Made by a program: the position numbers and the translations under genes
The notes under the pieces: generated by a model
What the model was told of the DNA's origin: nothing
Databases searched by the model: none
Seen by the model: the letters and a program-made list of their open reading frames with translations, nothing else
NCBI GenBank assembly: GCA_963764165.1
Contig: CAVXRD010000002.1
Location: 1,440,001-1,504,000, forward strand
Length of the DNA: 64,000 bases
DNA from: an uncultured Verrucomicrobiae bacterium
GTDB lineage: Bacteria; Verrucomicrobiota; Verrucomicrobiia; Limisphaerales; Palsa-1400
Direction of reading: 5' to 3'
Part shown: positions 1 through 9,649 of the stretch, in pieces
Layout: each line of letters begins with the position of its first letter
How positions within the stretch are numbered: the stretch's first letter is position 1

Positions 1-2
1 CG

Positions 3-449
3 ATGGGGCTGGCAGGATGCGCGTCTTCGTCGCCTTCACCGGACCCGTCCTTTGCCAATTCGAACAGCCGCCCGGCTCAGGCCAAGGCCAAGGCGAACCC
101 GTATCCAACGGTTCCCACCACGCATTACGCCTTGCCTGAAATGCCCGACACCAAGCGGTGCCTTGTCGCTCCCGCGCTCCAGCAGATTATCTCCATTGAG
201 CGTGTCGGGATGCTCAAACCGGTGGACGGCAATCTCAAAATCGAGGTCAAAATAAAAAACCTGACCGGTTCGCCCCAGCATTTCCAATATCACTTGGAAT
301 GGTTCGATGGGGACGGCCAGAAACTGCCTGTCATCGACGACGGCTATCGCACCTGGCTCCTGGTCGACCATGAGATCGCTTACATCGGGGCGACCGCGCC
401 GACGGCCTACGCGGCCGATTTTGGAATCGCCTTCGTGCCGGGGGAGTAG
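3..449 (+). CDS. YcfL/DUF1425-like lipoprotein (5' end may lie before the window)
   Basis: LAGC lipobox near the N-terminus, then an Ig-like domain with 'VKIKNLT...FQYHLEWFDGDG' typical of YcfL/DUF1425. Confidence 0.65.
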   Translation: MGLAGCASSSPSPDPSFANSNSRPAQAKAKANPYPTVPTTHYALPEMPDTKRCLVAPALQQIISIERVGMLKPVDGNLKIEVKIKNLTGSPQHFQYHLEWFDGDGQKLPVIDDGYRTWLLVDHEIAYIGATAPTAYAADFGIAFVPGE

Positions 450-558
450 GTCGAATCAACTTGCTCTGCTCCCGAACGTGCGCACAGCAAGGGAACAGTT
501 GCAACCGCAGGGCGATGGGATAGGGCTTCTCGCTTCAGATAACAGGTTTGATACATCA

Positions 559-672
559 ATGCATGATCTCCAAAAAGTGGCAACATCCGTTACATTGTTG
601 AATACGAGGCATTTAAGTGGCAACAAAAATGGCAACAGAGCGGCAACAAGCGGCAACAAACTGGCAACATTT
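559..672. repeat. Iteron-like GGCAACA array (copy L of a dispersed element)
   Basis: GGCAACA at 579, 619, 631, 642, 652 and 663 (last five spaced 10-12 bp); lies directly 3' of the DUF3631 gene; about 69/90 nt ungapped identity to 24818-24907. Confidence 0.85.
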
Positions 673-2015
673 TAGTCCGATTGTTGTGGCAGCCTTCCGA
701 TGCCGCTGTTTTTTCTCGCCTCGCGCAGCTTGGCGAATGTTTGCATCAGGTCCAAAGCCGCTCTGTTTGGGGGTTCCTGGGTGGGGGCTTGTTCTTTTTG
801 GGCTTCCTCCTTTTTTGCTTCGGCCTCCGCCTCCTCGAAGAGGTTCGACCTCTGGCGTATTTCTTCCAGCCGCGCGTCCAGATCGGCCTTCGGCACATAG
901 CGTTTCAGCGCTTCGCGGAACTCGGTGGCGATGTATCCTTTGTTGACTTCGCGGCCCACTCTTATAGTCGAGGGTTTGATGCCGTAGGCTCGCAAGAGTT
1001 TCGAGATTCGATACTCGTCGATGGCTGAGCCCTCCAACGCCGTCGAGGTCATTCCACCTTTGCCGTCGCGCAAAATGGTGACAAGCTCGCGGCTGAACAT
1101 TTTCTCGCGGCCCCACTCGACGAAAATCGAAAGGATGTCCAGCAGCAGTCTGGTCCCGACGTTTTCGGACTGCGTCGCGGTCAGCGACAGGGCGGCGGCA
1201 TGCAGTTTTCCTTCCCATTCCCCGCCCGCAAGACGCGCAATCACGTAGAGCGGATCGAAGGTGTCCGCCGCCCGATCATTCAAGCCCGCCCCGCGGATTT
1301 TCTCAAATCGCGCGATGGATTCGCTGGCGTCCAGCGCGAAGCGCGCGCATTTCGCTTTTATCTCCGCCGTGTTCAAGTCAGTCAGCGGCGCGCACGTTTC
1401 GGTGGTCAGCTTGCGCGACATTTTCACGACAATGGAGCGATCGGCAATGGTATCCGGCGCTTCACCGATCAGCGCGATGACCTTCGGGCACCAGCAGCTA
1501 TACCGTTTCAAGCCCGTTTCCCCGGTTTCAGCGGCAGGCATTGGCTGCGCCTCAAGCCGAGGCTGTTTTTGTTTGGTTTTCGACAAGCGGAGGACATAAG
1601 CGGTGCGCCAGGTGTTGCCGGAATTGATGATGCCCCGCATGGCGCTATTGCGGGCGAGAAACGTATCCGCCTCATCAATGAAAAGAGTCGGGCGGCACCC
1701 ATCAATGGCGCGAAACAGCGCGCCGACGGTGATATTGGACGCGATCAAAGGCTTGTGCGCCATGGCCGCCAGCACCGAGACCAGCGTCGTCTTGCCGCAC
1801 CGTTTCTCCGGCGATTCAATCGCCACATACGCAACCGCATCGCGCAACTCGAAGGTGTAAGTGTGCAGCACCCACACCGCGAGCGCCGCCGCCGCATGGC
1901 CATTGAGCACGACATGTTTTTTGATAACCGTTTCGATTTCCGTCAACAACACGGCCAAATCGACCGTCCCTGGATACGGTGGCACTGCGTCAAAGAGAAA
2001 AGATTCCTGTTTCAT
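672..2015 (-). CDS. DUF3631-domain P-loop NTPase (phage/ICE-type primase-helicase-associated protein)
   Basis: 'ALAVWVLHTY', Walker A-like 'ESPEKRCGKTT', Walker B 'LFIDEAD', 'GIINSG', 'PDTIADRSI' and C-terminal 'LRAYGIKPSTIRVG...KGY' match DUF3631 proteins. Confidence 0.75.
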   Translation of the reverse strand: MKQESFLFDAVPPYPGTVDLAVLLTEIETVIKKHVVLNGHAAAALAVWVLHTYTFELRDAVAYVAIESPEKRCGKTTLVSVLAAMAHKPLIASNITVGALFRAIDGCRPTLFIDEADTFLARNSAMRGIINSGNTWRTAYVLRLSKTKQKQPRLEAQPMPAAETGETGLKRYSCWCPKVIALIGEAPDTIADRSIVVKMSRKLTTETCAPLTDLNTAEIKAKCARFALDASESIARFEKIRGAGLNDRAADTFDPLYVIARLAGGEWEGKLHAAALSLTATQSENVGTRLLLDILSIFVEWGREKMFSRELVTILRDGKGGMTSTALEGSAIDEYRISKLLRAYGIKPSTIRVGREVNKGYIATEFREALKRYVPKADLDARLEEIRQRSNLFEEAEAEAKKEEAQKEQAPTQEPPNRAALDLMQTFAKLREARKNSGIGRLPQQSD

Positions 2016-2140
2016 AATTGTCTTTTTCCTTTTGAGACTGCCACGGCTGCTTGGACAAAGGTTGTCCAGGTGGAGACATCTTATGCGGAGCGCAATAACA
2101 AAGCGTTCGGTTAAAACGGGTGGGGCTTATTGCCATGGCA

Positions 2141-2330
2141 GCAGTCCCGTTTAGGGGCGGAATCTCTATAGAAAGCGAACCAATCCAATATTTCCCGAGC
2201 TCCGTCCCAGGAGCGGCATCGCCAACCGGCAGACGTTGGCGGCTTGTGTGGACGGAATATGTCGCGCCCTACGGGGCTCGGGATTCTTTCTTTGTGGTTA
2301 CTATAAATATGACGTCCCTAACGGCACTCA
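2141..2330. repeat. REP/BIME-like multi-palindrome element
   Basis: Four short imperfect palindromes (tcccgtttagggg, gctccgtcccaggagc, gccctacggggc, gtccctaacggcac) arranged as two facing pairs in an intergenic space. Confidence 0.55.
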
Positions 2331-2409
2331 CCAGCCATGGCCACTCCACTTCAGCGCTCATCCACTTCTGATCACATCCTCGCGACTCTCAAACTCTGCG
2401 CAGACCGGC

Positions 2410-2438
2410 TTGTCGAGTGGGTTGACGCATGGTAGTGT
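2410..2438 (+). promoter_or_regulatory. sigma70-type promoter of the TA operon (likely leaderless mRNA)
   Basis: TTGTCG-N17-TAGTGT ending 6 nt before ATG 2445; no SD sequence. Confidence 0.5.
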
Positions 2439-2444
2439 TGGCGC

Positions 2445-2702
2445 ATGAGCGCGACATTGACGATCAATTTGGACGCGGACATCGTCCGACTTGCTGAACA
2501 GGAAGCAGAGGCTCGCCATACAACTCTGTCCGAAGTAGTTGCCCGCCAATTGCGCGTGATGGCTCAAAACTGGCAGGACAGCAGAGCAGGCAGGACGCCG
2601 GTTACCGATTCGTTGCGCGGTGTGGTGAAGCTGCCTCCGGATTTCGACGAAGCCGTGGCGTTGACGGAGGAGTTGCAGAATAAACATGGAGCCCAGGGAT
2701 AA
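2445..2702 (+). CDS. Antitoxin (DUF6364/RHH-like) of a type II TA pair
   Basis: 85 aa, 'LTINLDADIVRLA...TTLSEVV' RHH-like N-terminus and 'TPVTDSLRGVVKLP'; overlaps the downstream PIN gene. Confidence 0.75.
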   Translation: MSATLTINLDADIVRLAEQEAEARHTTLSEVVARQLRVMAQNWQDSRAGRTPVTDSLRGVVKLPPDFDEAVALTEELQNKHGAQG

Positions 2703-3123
2703 AGTATTCCTGGACACGGATGTGGTTTTGGATCACCTCGCTGACCGCCAGCCATTCGCCGAATACGCCCACCGGATCTTCTGTCTGGCCGAAACTGGCG
2801 AACTCACCGTCTGTGTTTCGTCTCTCTCATTCAGCAATCTTTACTACATTCTGCGGAAGCTCAAAGGAGGGCCGGATGCGCTGGCGCTGTTGCGCAAATT
2901 GAAGCTGTTAGTTCAAGTGACCGTTGTCGGCGAAACGCAAATCCAGTCCGCGCTCGCGTCCGGCTTCACCGATTTTGAGGATGGTATTCAGCATTTCACC
3001 GCCAAAGCGGAGGGTGGAATCAACGCCATAGTCACCCGCAACCAGGCCGACTACTCCGCAAGCGAGATGCCCGTTCTCTCGCCTGAAGAATTTCTTGAAA
3101 AGTTTGAGCGCCCTTCAAAATAA
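2686..3123 (+). CDS. PIN-domain toxin (VapC-like)
   Basis: 'VFLDTDVVLD', 'DFEDGIQ' and 'IVTRNQADY' carry the PIN acidic residues. Confidence 0.9.
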   Translation: MEPRDKVFLDTDVVLDHLADRQPFAEYAHRIFCLAETGELTVCVSSLSFSNLYYILRKLKGGPDALALLRKLKLLVQVTVVGETQIQSALASGFTDFEDGIQHFTAKAEGGINAIVTRNQADYSASEMPVLSPEEFLEKFERPSK

Positions 3124-3271
3124 GAGTCCAACACAATCGCATATTTGACACGGCGAAATCTCAGGGCTGCTTTGGGCGGATGATCAAAATGGGATAGCCC
3201 GGAATTTCCGCGGCTTCCAAGTGATAATCATCTTCATCACCTCTTAAGGTTGAGGCGCGTAGTGTGGCGTC

Positions 3272-4864
3272 ATGAAAACATTCGGTTCATGGTTTTGCAT
3301 TTTGCTGGTCTCCCAACATTTGCGCGGGGCGCAAAATTTGGTTGCCAATTCCGGCTTCGAGCAACGCCTGGGCGCGGCTCCGGTTGGATTTGCCCTGTCT
3401 GGTGGCGCGGAATATTGCTATCTGGGCGATTCGCGCCGCGATTGCAGCAGCATGGGCATCGCGCTCGCGTCGGCCCAGCCGTCGGGCTCTGTTTCGTGCA
3501 TCGTCAGCGGCCTCAAGGAAAAGCCGGGAAAGTGGTTTCGCTTCGCGTTTCGCGGATTGCCGCAGGACGGCTTCGCTGTCAATGATAACAACCTTTTCAT
3601 GCGGATCGAGTTCTTCGGCGCCGGCGGAAAAATCTCCTACGATGCGAAGGAAAAGCGCATCTACGACCAGGTGCAATCGCTCCGCCGCGATTTAACAACG
3701 AACGGCGACCGGCACCAGCATGGCGCCGAGGCGTGGCGGAATTTCATGGTCGATTTTCGCCTGCCATTTCCGCAAGTCGACCAGGTCAAATTGACGGTGG
3801 GGTTTGACGAGGGCGCGGCGGCACAGAAATCGAACGCGTCATTTTTTGTGGACGATGTGAGCCTGACTTGCATCCCGGATCCCGCCGGCGTGCCGACGCC
3901 TTCAGCGCGCCCCACCGCTGTCGCTTCCGCAACTCCCTTGGTGCCGCTGGGAGGGCGCTGGTTCTACGCCGCCACAGACGGCGAAACCGAGGCGCCCTCG
4001 GAGTTTAACGCTTCGAATGCCGATCGGCTGCTTTACCACGACAGCGTTTACTCCGCGCCGTTTGCCGGCAACACGACCGCCTGGCTTCGCGCGGGCGACA
4101 AATCCGCCGAAGGCAGCGTCGTTTCGCGCGATAAGCTCATCGCGGATAACGTCACGATTCGTTTCGAATCTGGCGAGATGGTGGTTCGCACGCACGGAAT
4201 TCCCAACCATCCGACCGGGCGATTCCCGGAGATGGGCTTTGGCAATCCGAATTACATCACCGAACGGGTGCAGAATTTTTACATTCCGCTCTCGCCGGTG
4301 GAAAATCCGAAACGCTTCGTCACCGATCTTCACAATGCCAACCACGCGCTGCCGATGGGGCCCATCGGGCTGGCTGTCAATGGCGTGGTCTTTTTCAATC
4401 CGTTCGACATGGGCAATACCGATGCGGCCGACATGATGGATCGCTGCTGCGGCCATCCAAATCAGGATGGCCAATACCATTATCACAAGTATCCGATCTG
4501 CGTAAACTCGCCGTGGGCCGATGATGGAAAAGCGCATTCGCCGCTGCTCGGCTGGGCCTTCGACGGCTATCCGCTTTACGGCCCCTACGAAAGCGCGGAC
4601 GTCATGGCGAAGGACATCCAAGGCGAACACGCTTTGAACGAATTCAACATGCACTACGATGCCGAGCGTGGATGGCATTATCACGTCACACCCGGAAAAT
4701 TTCCGTATCTCATCGGCGGCTACTGGGGCATGCGCGATCGCAAGGACGCCGCGCTGCGCCCGCCGCCCAGCACACGAGGCGGACGGCGCGGTCCGGGTGG
4801 GCCGGGCGGACCGGGTGGCCCTCGCGGCGGACCGCCCCCAGATGGATCAATGCCTCGAGAGTGA
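3272..4864 (+). CDS. Secreted YHYH-domain protein with N-terminal carbohydrate-binding-like domain
   Basis: Signal peptide; 'QNLVANSGFE...FFVDDVSL' CBM-like module; 'GIPNH', 'GLAVNGV', 'GHP...YHYH', 'GWAFDGYPLYGP', 'WHYH'; Gly/Pro-rich tail. Confidence 0.85.
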   Translation: MKTFGSWFCILLVSQHLRGAQNLVANSGFEQRLGAAPVGFALSGGAEYCYLGDSRRDCSSMGIALASAQPSGSVSCIVSGLKEKPGKWFRFAFRGLPQDGFAVNDNNLFMRIEFFGAGGKISYDAKEKRIYDQVQSLRRDLTTNGDRHQHGAEAWRNFMVDFRLPFPQVDQVKLTVGFDEGAAAQKSNASFFVDDVSLTCIPDPAGVPTPSARPTAVASATPLVPLGGRWFYAATDGETEAPSEFNASNADRLLYHDSVYSAPFAGNTTAWLRAGDKSAEGSVVSRDKLIADNVTIRFESGEMVVRTHGIPNHPTGRFPEMGFGNPNYITERVQNFYIPLSPVENPKRFVTDLHNANHALPMGPIGLAVNGVVFFNPFDMGNTDAADMMDRCCGHPNQDGQYHYHKYPICVNSPWADDGKAHSPLLGWAFDGYPLYGPYESADVMAKDIQGEHALNEFNMHYDAERGWHYHVTPGKFPYLIGGYWGMRDRKDAALRPPPSTRGGRRGPGGPGGPGGPRGGPPPDGSMPRE

Positions 4865-5296
4865 TATGGCCATTGGCCCTGGGCGATATTCTGCGCTCGC
4901 GGGCTCAAGTCGGGAATGATTTGTGCCGATGCGATAAGGGGGGATGGATTTTTGGTTGGATCAAATCGTTTCAAGCAATCCGTCGGGCCTCGGCTTTTTG
5001 CTTTCATAGGAGCTTTTCTCGCGATGTTTCGGTTGACTGGATTGCGTCATTCTTTCCCAGTCTCTTTATGTATTCTATTGAGACAGGAGCGTGTGCCGGT
5101 TCTTTACATTTTCTTCGCCGGCTCAGGCCGAAACTCCAGCGCCGAATAAATCTTCCAAGAACTCCACGCTGAACGAAGCCCTGTGATTTCATCCCTCCCT
5201 GCCTGCGCCGCCAGAGGTAAAATGCCGCCAATCATTTGACACGCGGCTCACGGCCCGGGAGGCCTCCAGGCCAATTGAAACGGCCCGGGACCCTGC

Positions 5297-5312
5297 TGGT
5301 ATGCCGGGTGCT
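5297..5312 (+). promoter_or_regulatory. Putative sigma54 (-24/-12) promoter
   Basis: TGGTATG-CCGG-GTGCT (GG-N10-GC) about 12 nt upstream of the FN3 gene start. Confidence 0.45.
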
Positions 5313-5323
5313 AAAGGGAAGGC

Positions 5324-5887
5324 GTGATGAAATGGGTTACACGCATTCAGAAAAGGGTTTGTTTGACACTTGGGCTGGCTGGCGCCCTGTTCAGTTTCGC
5401 GGATTGCGCCCGTGCCGCGGATTCTGTCCAATTGGGCTGGAATCCCAGCAGCGATCCAACCGTCGCTGGTTATTTGGTTTCGTACGGCGCGGTGAGCGGA
5501 ATTTACACAAACACGACGGATGTGGGCACCAACTTGACGGCCCGGCTTTCCGGGATGGCGCCGGGACAAACGTATTATTTTGTGGTGGCCGCTTACAATG
5601 CCCTTCGCGTATCCAGCGCGCCCACGCCGGAAGTGGCGTTCACTGTCCTGGCGCAAGGCTCGGGCAACAGCGTCGTGCTCGGGGTGCCTTCCATTTCGAG
5701 CAACGGCATTGCGATTCAGTTCAGTGTCACCGCATCCAACACTTATCACCTTCAGACATCGGCGGATTTGATTTCATGGGCCGAGTTTTCGACGATTTCC
5801 AGCGGAACAACCAATGGGGTAGTGGAGTTGGTGGATGCAGTCGACAAAACCGTGAGCGCCCGCTTTTACAGGCTGGTGCTGCAGTGA
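5324..5887 (+). CDS. Secreted fibronectin type III domain protein with C-terminal FYRL motif domain
   Basis: Signal peptide; 'VQLGWNPS...VAGYLVSYG...PGQTYYFVVAAYN' FN3; ends 'YHLQTSADLISW...RFYRLVLQ'. Confidence 0.85.
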   Translation: MMKWVTRIQKRVCLTLGLAGALFSFADCARAADSVQLGWNPSSDPTVAGYLVSYGAVSGIYTNTTDVGTNLTARLSGMAPGQTYYFVVAAYNALRVSSAPTPEVAFTVLAQGSGNSVVLGVPSISSNGIAIQFSVTASNTYHLQTSADLISWAEFSTISSGTTNGVVELVDAVDKTVSARFYRLVLQ

Positions 5888-5986
5888 CGAAAAATCCGGC
5901 GCCATGGCAAAGGGATGGCGCCTGAAACCATCAGATTTTTGATTGATCTGTGTAAATCTGTGGCTTCTTCACTCTCCGGCCCTGTG

Positions 5987-6469
5987 TCAGTATTTCTTCG
6001 TGAAGCGCTTGCGCGATTCCAGTTCCTCAGGCTTTTCTCCGGGGAGAGCTGGCTCGCTGACGGGTGTTTCCTGTTCGTCCACCGGCGGGCTGGGTGGAGA
6101 TGGCTGGTCGCTGGTGGCGGCGGGGGGATCGGCGGGTTGCGGTTCGAATTTGGCCGGATGATCCACCGCTTCCACAAAGGCCATGCGCAGGTGAGTCAGG
6201 CTTTGGTTCAAGAGCGCTTCTTCGCGGCGGTCGAGATTCCCCTTTGTCTTGACTGCCAGCATCTCAAGTTGATCGATGAAGTATTGGGCGTGCTCCAGTT
6301 CCAGCTCGACTTTTCCAGTCTGCGGGTTGGGTGCTTTGCCGAGAAAGACCAGGGCCATGTTCGTGTTCTGGATCACCATGTTGGCAAACATGGCGGACAT
6401 CATCTCCGCCTGGCTCATGGCCGGGCCCTCGTCAATGTGGCTGGGTGGCGTGCTGGTGCTTGTGCTCAT
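5987..6469 (-). CDS. DUF1844 domain protein
   Basis: 'ALVFLGKAPNP...IDQLEMLAVKTKGNLD...L.HLRMAFV'. Confidence 0.85.
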   Translation of the reverse strand: MSTSTSTPPSHIDEGPAMSQAEMMSAMFANMVIQNTNMALVFLGKAPNPQTGKVELELEHAQYFIDQLEMLAVKTKGNLDRREEALLNQSLTHLRMAFVEAVDHPAKFEPQPADPPAATSDQPSPPSPPVDEQETPVSEPALPGEKPEELESRKRFTKKY

Positions 6470-7110
6470 TTTGTCTTCTTTTTCCGTCTTTCGGTAATCT
6501 CCATCATCAAAAACTGGATGAGTTGTTTCAGGCGGGGCTCCACTTCAATCGTCTCCAGCATGGCCTGGCGTTCCGCCGCGCCGCGCAGCAAGGACCACGA
6601 AATGAGGTCGGCGACGCGGTCCGGATCGTTGAGCGATTCCAGGCAGGCGACGATTTCCTTGATGGGCGTGTTCTTGAGCGTGCCTTCCGCCACGGGCAAT
6701 TCCTGCTCAATGCGTTCGGTCACCAAGTCCCGCACCTTGGCCATCAAGGCGTCGATGGCCACGCTGTCGCGGACGGGCGTCGGGAGCGGGCGGATGCGGT
6801 TGACGCGGAAGGGTGTCCGCTGGACGGTTTCGCCGAGTTGCACGCGGGTCAGGCCTTCGAGGATCAATACGGAAGTGCCGTCCGATTGCTGAAAGCTGAC
6901 GGCCACGAGGCCCAGGCCAGCCACGGAATATGGGACTTCCCGCGAACTGCCGGGCTTGCGCATGGCAATGACAAAGGTCCGGTGCGTGTTCAAAACTTCC
7001 TCGAGCATGGCGCGATAGCGCGGCTCGAAGATATGGAGGCGCATCCGGGCTTGAGGGAAAAGCGTGGCGTTTGGCAACGTCATCACCGGAGCCTCATCTG
7101 GAATTTCCAT
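6466..7110 (-). CDS. LON peptidase substrate-binding domain protein
   Basis: 'LPNATLFPQARMRLHIFEPRYRAML...DG...LILEGLTR'. Confidence 0.9.
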   Translation of the reverse strand: MEIPDEAPVMTLPNATLFPQARMRLHIFEPRYRAMLEEVLNTHRTFVIAMRKPGSSREVPYSVAGLGLVAVSFQQSDGTSVLILEGLTRVQLGETVQRTPFRVNRIRPLPTPVRDSVAIDALMAKVRDLVTERIEQELPVAEGTLKNTPIKEIVACLESLNDPDRVADLISWSLLRGAAERQAMLETIEVEPRLKQLIQFLMMEITERRKKKTK

Positions 7111-7173
7111 GCAGCTAATCTAGGCACGCGGCCGGCGTGTGGCAAGTCTTGGAGATTTGGCGAAGCGGGGAAT

Positions 7174-7209
7174 TTATAGGACCCATAGGACTAATAAGAG
7201 AAATGGGAC
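7174..7209. repeat. Short 9-bp-period ATRGGAC repeat tract (related to 22061-22130)
   Basis: tataggac-ccataggac-taataagag-aaatgggac. Confidence 0.4.
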
Positions 7210-7311
7210 CGCGTACTCCGGTCGACCACCCCCAATTGTCACCGAATAGCGCGGGTTCTGCCCCATACTCGGCGGCGTGGCATTTTGCCAGATTGCTGAG
7301 GATTTCGCTAT

Positions 7312-9324
7312 ATGAGCGCACGAAAATTTGCCGTCATTTTATTGTTGGCTGGGGCCGCCGTTTTGAACTCCGGAGTCCGCGCGGCTGCTGCGGCTGAAGT
7401 TGTCTTCAAAGATTCCTGGAGCGACAGCGTCTCCAACAATCTGGTTGCCACGTCCGGTTTGTTTAGCACAACGATTTCGGTTCCATTCAACGGCGCGCTC
7501 GACGCCGTCGACATTGATTCCAACTCCGTCTTCAGCTTGAGCATCGGCCCGGGGGGAGCAACGGCTCTGATCGCGGACGGCACATTTGGAGATGCCACCG
7601 CCTATTCGGCATCGGGAAATTCGGCGACGTTTCAATTGCTGGACGCCAGCACGCTGGTGGTGGCCGGCACGATTAACGTGACGTGGAATTCCACCTCGAT
7701 CACCGCATCGGGCACGGCCTCGGCGGATATTTTGGGCGAGGAACTTCTTTTGCGGGCGGGATCGGCTCACACTGCCGGCACCAACGATCTGAGCACCGCG
7801 GGCGCGAACCATTTTTATGAAATCGTCTTGACGGTCGACGCATCGGATAACGGCGGGGGAATCTTCACCTATGACAATGCCTACATTCAAGTGACTGGCA
7901 GCAACAAGGAAACTGAATACGCCAGCAACTCGGTCTCTTTCCCGCTGGAATCCGGCTCGATCTCGGGCGCGCTTGTCCTGACGAATTCCATCACGGTTGC
8001 CGTCAACCCAGCGAAATCGGGAACGGTAACGGGTCTCCATACCGGCGAAAAATTGCAAGCCGGCAAGGCGTATAAAGTTACCGCGGCGCCGACGAGCAAA
8101 GAGTGGATATTCTCGGATTGGACTGATGGCGCTGGCGATGTCCTTGCCGCCACCCCAACCTTTACCTACACCAACGAAGCGGGCGGCGTGACCAATTTCT
8201 CGGAACTGGAGCTGGTCGCGAATTTTGTGACCAACGCATTTTACAAATCCGATTTGGCGGGAACGTATTCCGGCCTTTTCTACGTGGAAGGCACCTTGAA
8301 TCCGAGCAATACCGGATATATCACGATCACGGTCGGGCCGGGCGGCGCGTATTCCGGTCATCTCAATCTTTCCACGAGCCCGACCGGGCATCCGATTTCC
8401 GGCCAGCTTGCGGTCAATGGCGGCGTTGGAACTGCCACCTCGATCATCACCCTGAGTCGATCCAACAATCTGGCGGTCTACTTGCAAGTCGCCACCGACA
8501 CGAACCTGACAGATTCCGGCGCGGGCGCGTTGAGCGGCTACATCGTGGCGGACTACGGAACGAACTCGAGCGCGGCGCCGATCTACGCCCAAATTTCCGC
8601 GGTCAATACCAACATCACGCCCGGCGTCTATAATCTCGTGTTGACGCCGGCTTTCGATAATCCGGCCAGCGGCCCCGGGGGTTACAGTTACGGCACGGCC
8701 ACGGTCAGCAAGGAACGCAAAGTCACCTACGTGTTTAACCTATCCGACGGCAGTTCCCCAGTCACAACTGCGAGTTCCATTTATCGAAATGGAGAGAGTC
8801 CGATTTATGCGTCGCTTTATGGCGGGAAAGGGGCGCTGCTCGGGTTTATCGATTTCTCGACCACCGCGTCCAACACGATTTTGCCAAATGCCCTGACGTG
8901 GACCAAGCGTCCGGTGAAGGACGCCTATTATACAAACGGTTTCACCGCGTCTGCAGAACTCGCCGGCGCTCTTTACGTCCGCCCCAAAGCTGGCACCAAC
9001 GCCTTCGACGCCACCGACCTGACGCTCGTGGTGGACACCAATTATTACGGCTTTAACCTGCCGGATGCATTTGACATTCCGATCACGTTCAATCCCGTTC
9101 ACAACACCTTTGCCGGCACGAACGGCGCCAAAATCACATGGTCGCCCTCGACTGGAGCGATTTCGGGGACGTTTGTTGACAAGGCGGTCAGCAAGACCCC
9201 AATCACCTTCCACGGACTCGTGATCAACGGGGTGGCCTACGGTCACTATGCGGATTCGACGCTGAAGGAAACCGGCCCAATCACGCTTGGCGCGCCCGGC
9301 GGCACCAACGGCGCGTCTTTCTAG
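7312..9324 (+). CDS. Large secreted beta-rich surface protein with a divergent InlB B-repeat-like domain
   Basis: Signal peptide; S/T/G/N-rich; 'ITVAVNPAKSGTVTG...VTAAP...WIFSDWT...LVANF' repeat-domain signature, then 'GTYSGLF'. Confidence 0.7.
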   Translation: MSARKFAVILLLAGAAVLNSGVRAAAAAEVVFKDSWSDSVSNNLVATSGLFSTTISVPFNGALDAVDIDSNSVFSLSIGPGGATALIADGTFGDATAYSASGNSATFQLLDASTLVVAGTINVTWNSTSITASGTASADILGEELLLRAGSAHTAGTNDLSTAGANHFYEIVLTVDASDNGGGIFTYDNAYIQVTGSNKETEYASNSVSFPLESGSISGALVLTNSITVAVNPAKSGTVTGLHTGEKLQAGKAYKVTAAPTSKEWIFSDWTDGAGDVLAATPTFTYTNEAGGVTNFSELELVANFVTNAFYKSDLAGTYSGLFYVEGTLNPSNTGYITITVGPGGAYSGHLNLSTSPTGHPISGQLAVNGGVGTATSIITLSRSNNLAVYLQVATDTNLTDSGAGALSGYIVADYGTNSSAAPIYAQISAVNTNITPGVYNLVLTPAFDNPASGPGGYSYGTATVSKERKVTYVFNLSDGSSPVTTASSIYRNGESPIYASLYGGKGALLGFIDFSTTASNTILPNALTWTKRPVKDAYYTNGFTASAELAGALYVRPKAGTNAFDATDLTLVVDTNYYGFNLPDAFDIPITFNPVHNTFAGTNGAKITWSPSTGAISGTFVDKAVSKTPITFHGLVINGVAYGHYADSTLKETGPITLGAPGGTNGASF

Positions 9325-9450
9325 TGTAGTGTCTCTTAAATAACTGGACATTCGTTGTGCCGCAGGGCGTCAGGTCTTTTTGTCGCAGTCTTCGTTGCTC
9401 GCTCCTCACAGATCTATGCGGACATGCTCGTCGCTCGCGCCTCGCCCAGG
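9325..9450. repeat. Probable truncated MITE-like interspersed repeat
   Basis: Begins right after the stop (tgtagtgtctcttaaataac) with internal 'tcgttgctcgctcc/tcgtcgctcgcgcc' duplication; recognised by style only, no second copy in the window. Confidence 0.3.
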
Positions 9451-9649
9451 CGTCCGGGTTGAGGCGTTATTCGTGCGCAAAGCCGGACATCTCTCCAAAA
9501 CGTCCCCGCCACCGCGATTTTTATTGTTAGTTTTCTCCCCGTTCGCTACTCGTCATCACATGCTGAAAGGCGAGAGGTCCGAACACAAAACGGAGGCCAT
9601 TGCTGAAGCGGTGGCTAAATTTCCCTCCGGGAAGAATCGTTAACCGCGC

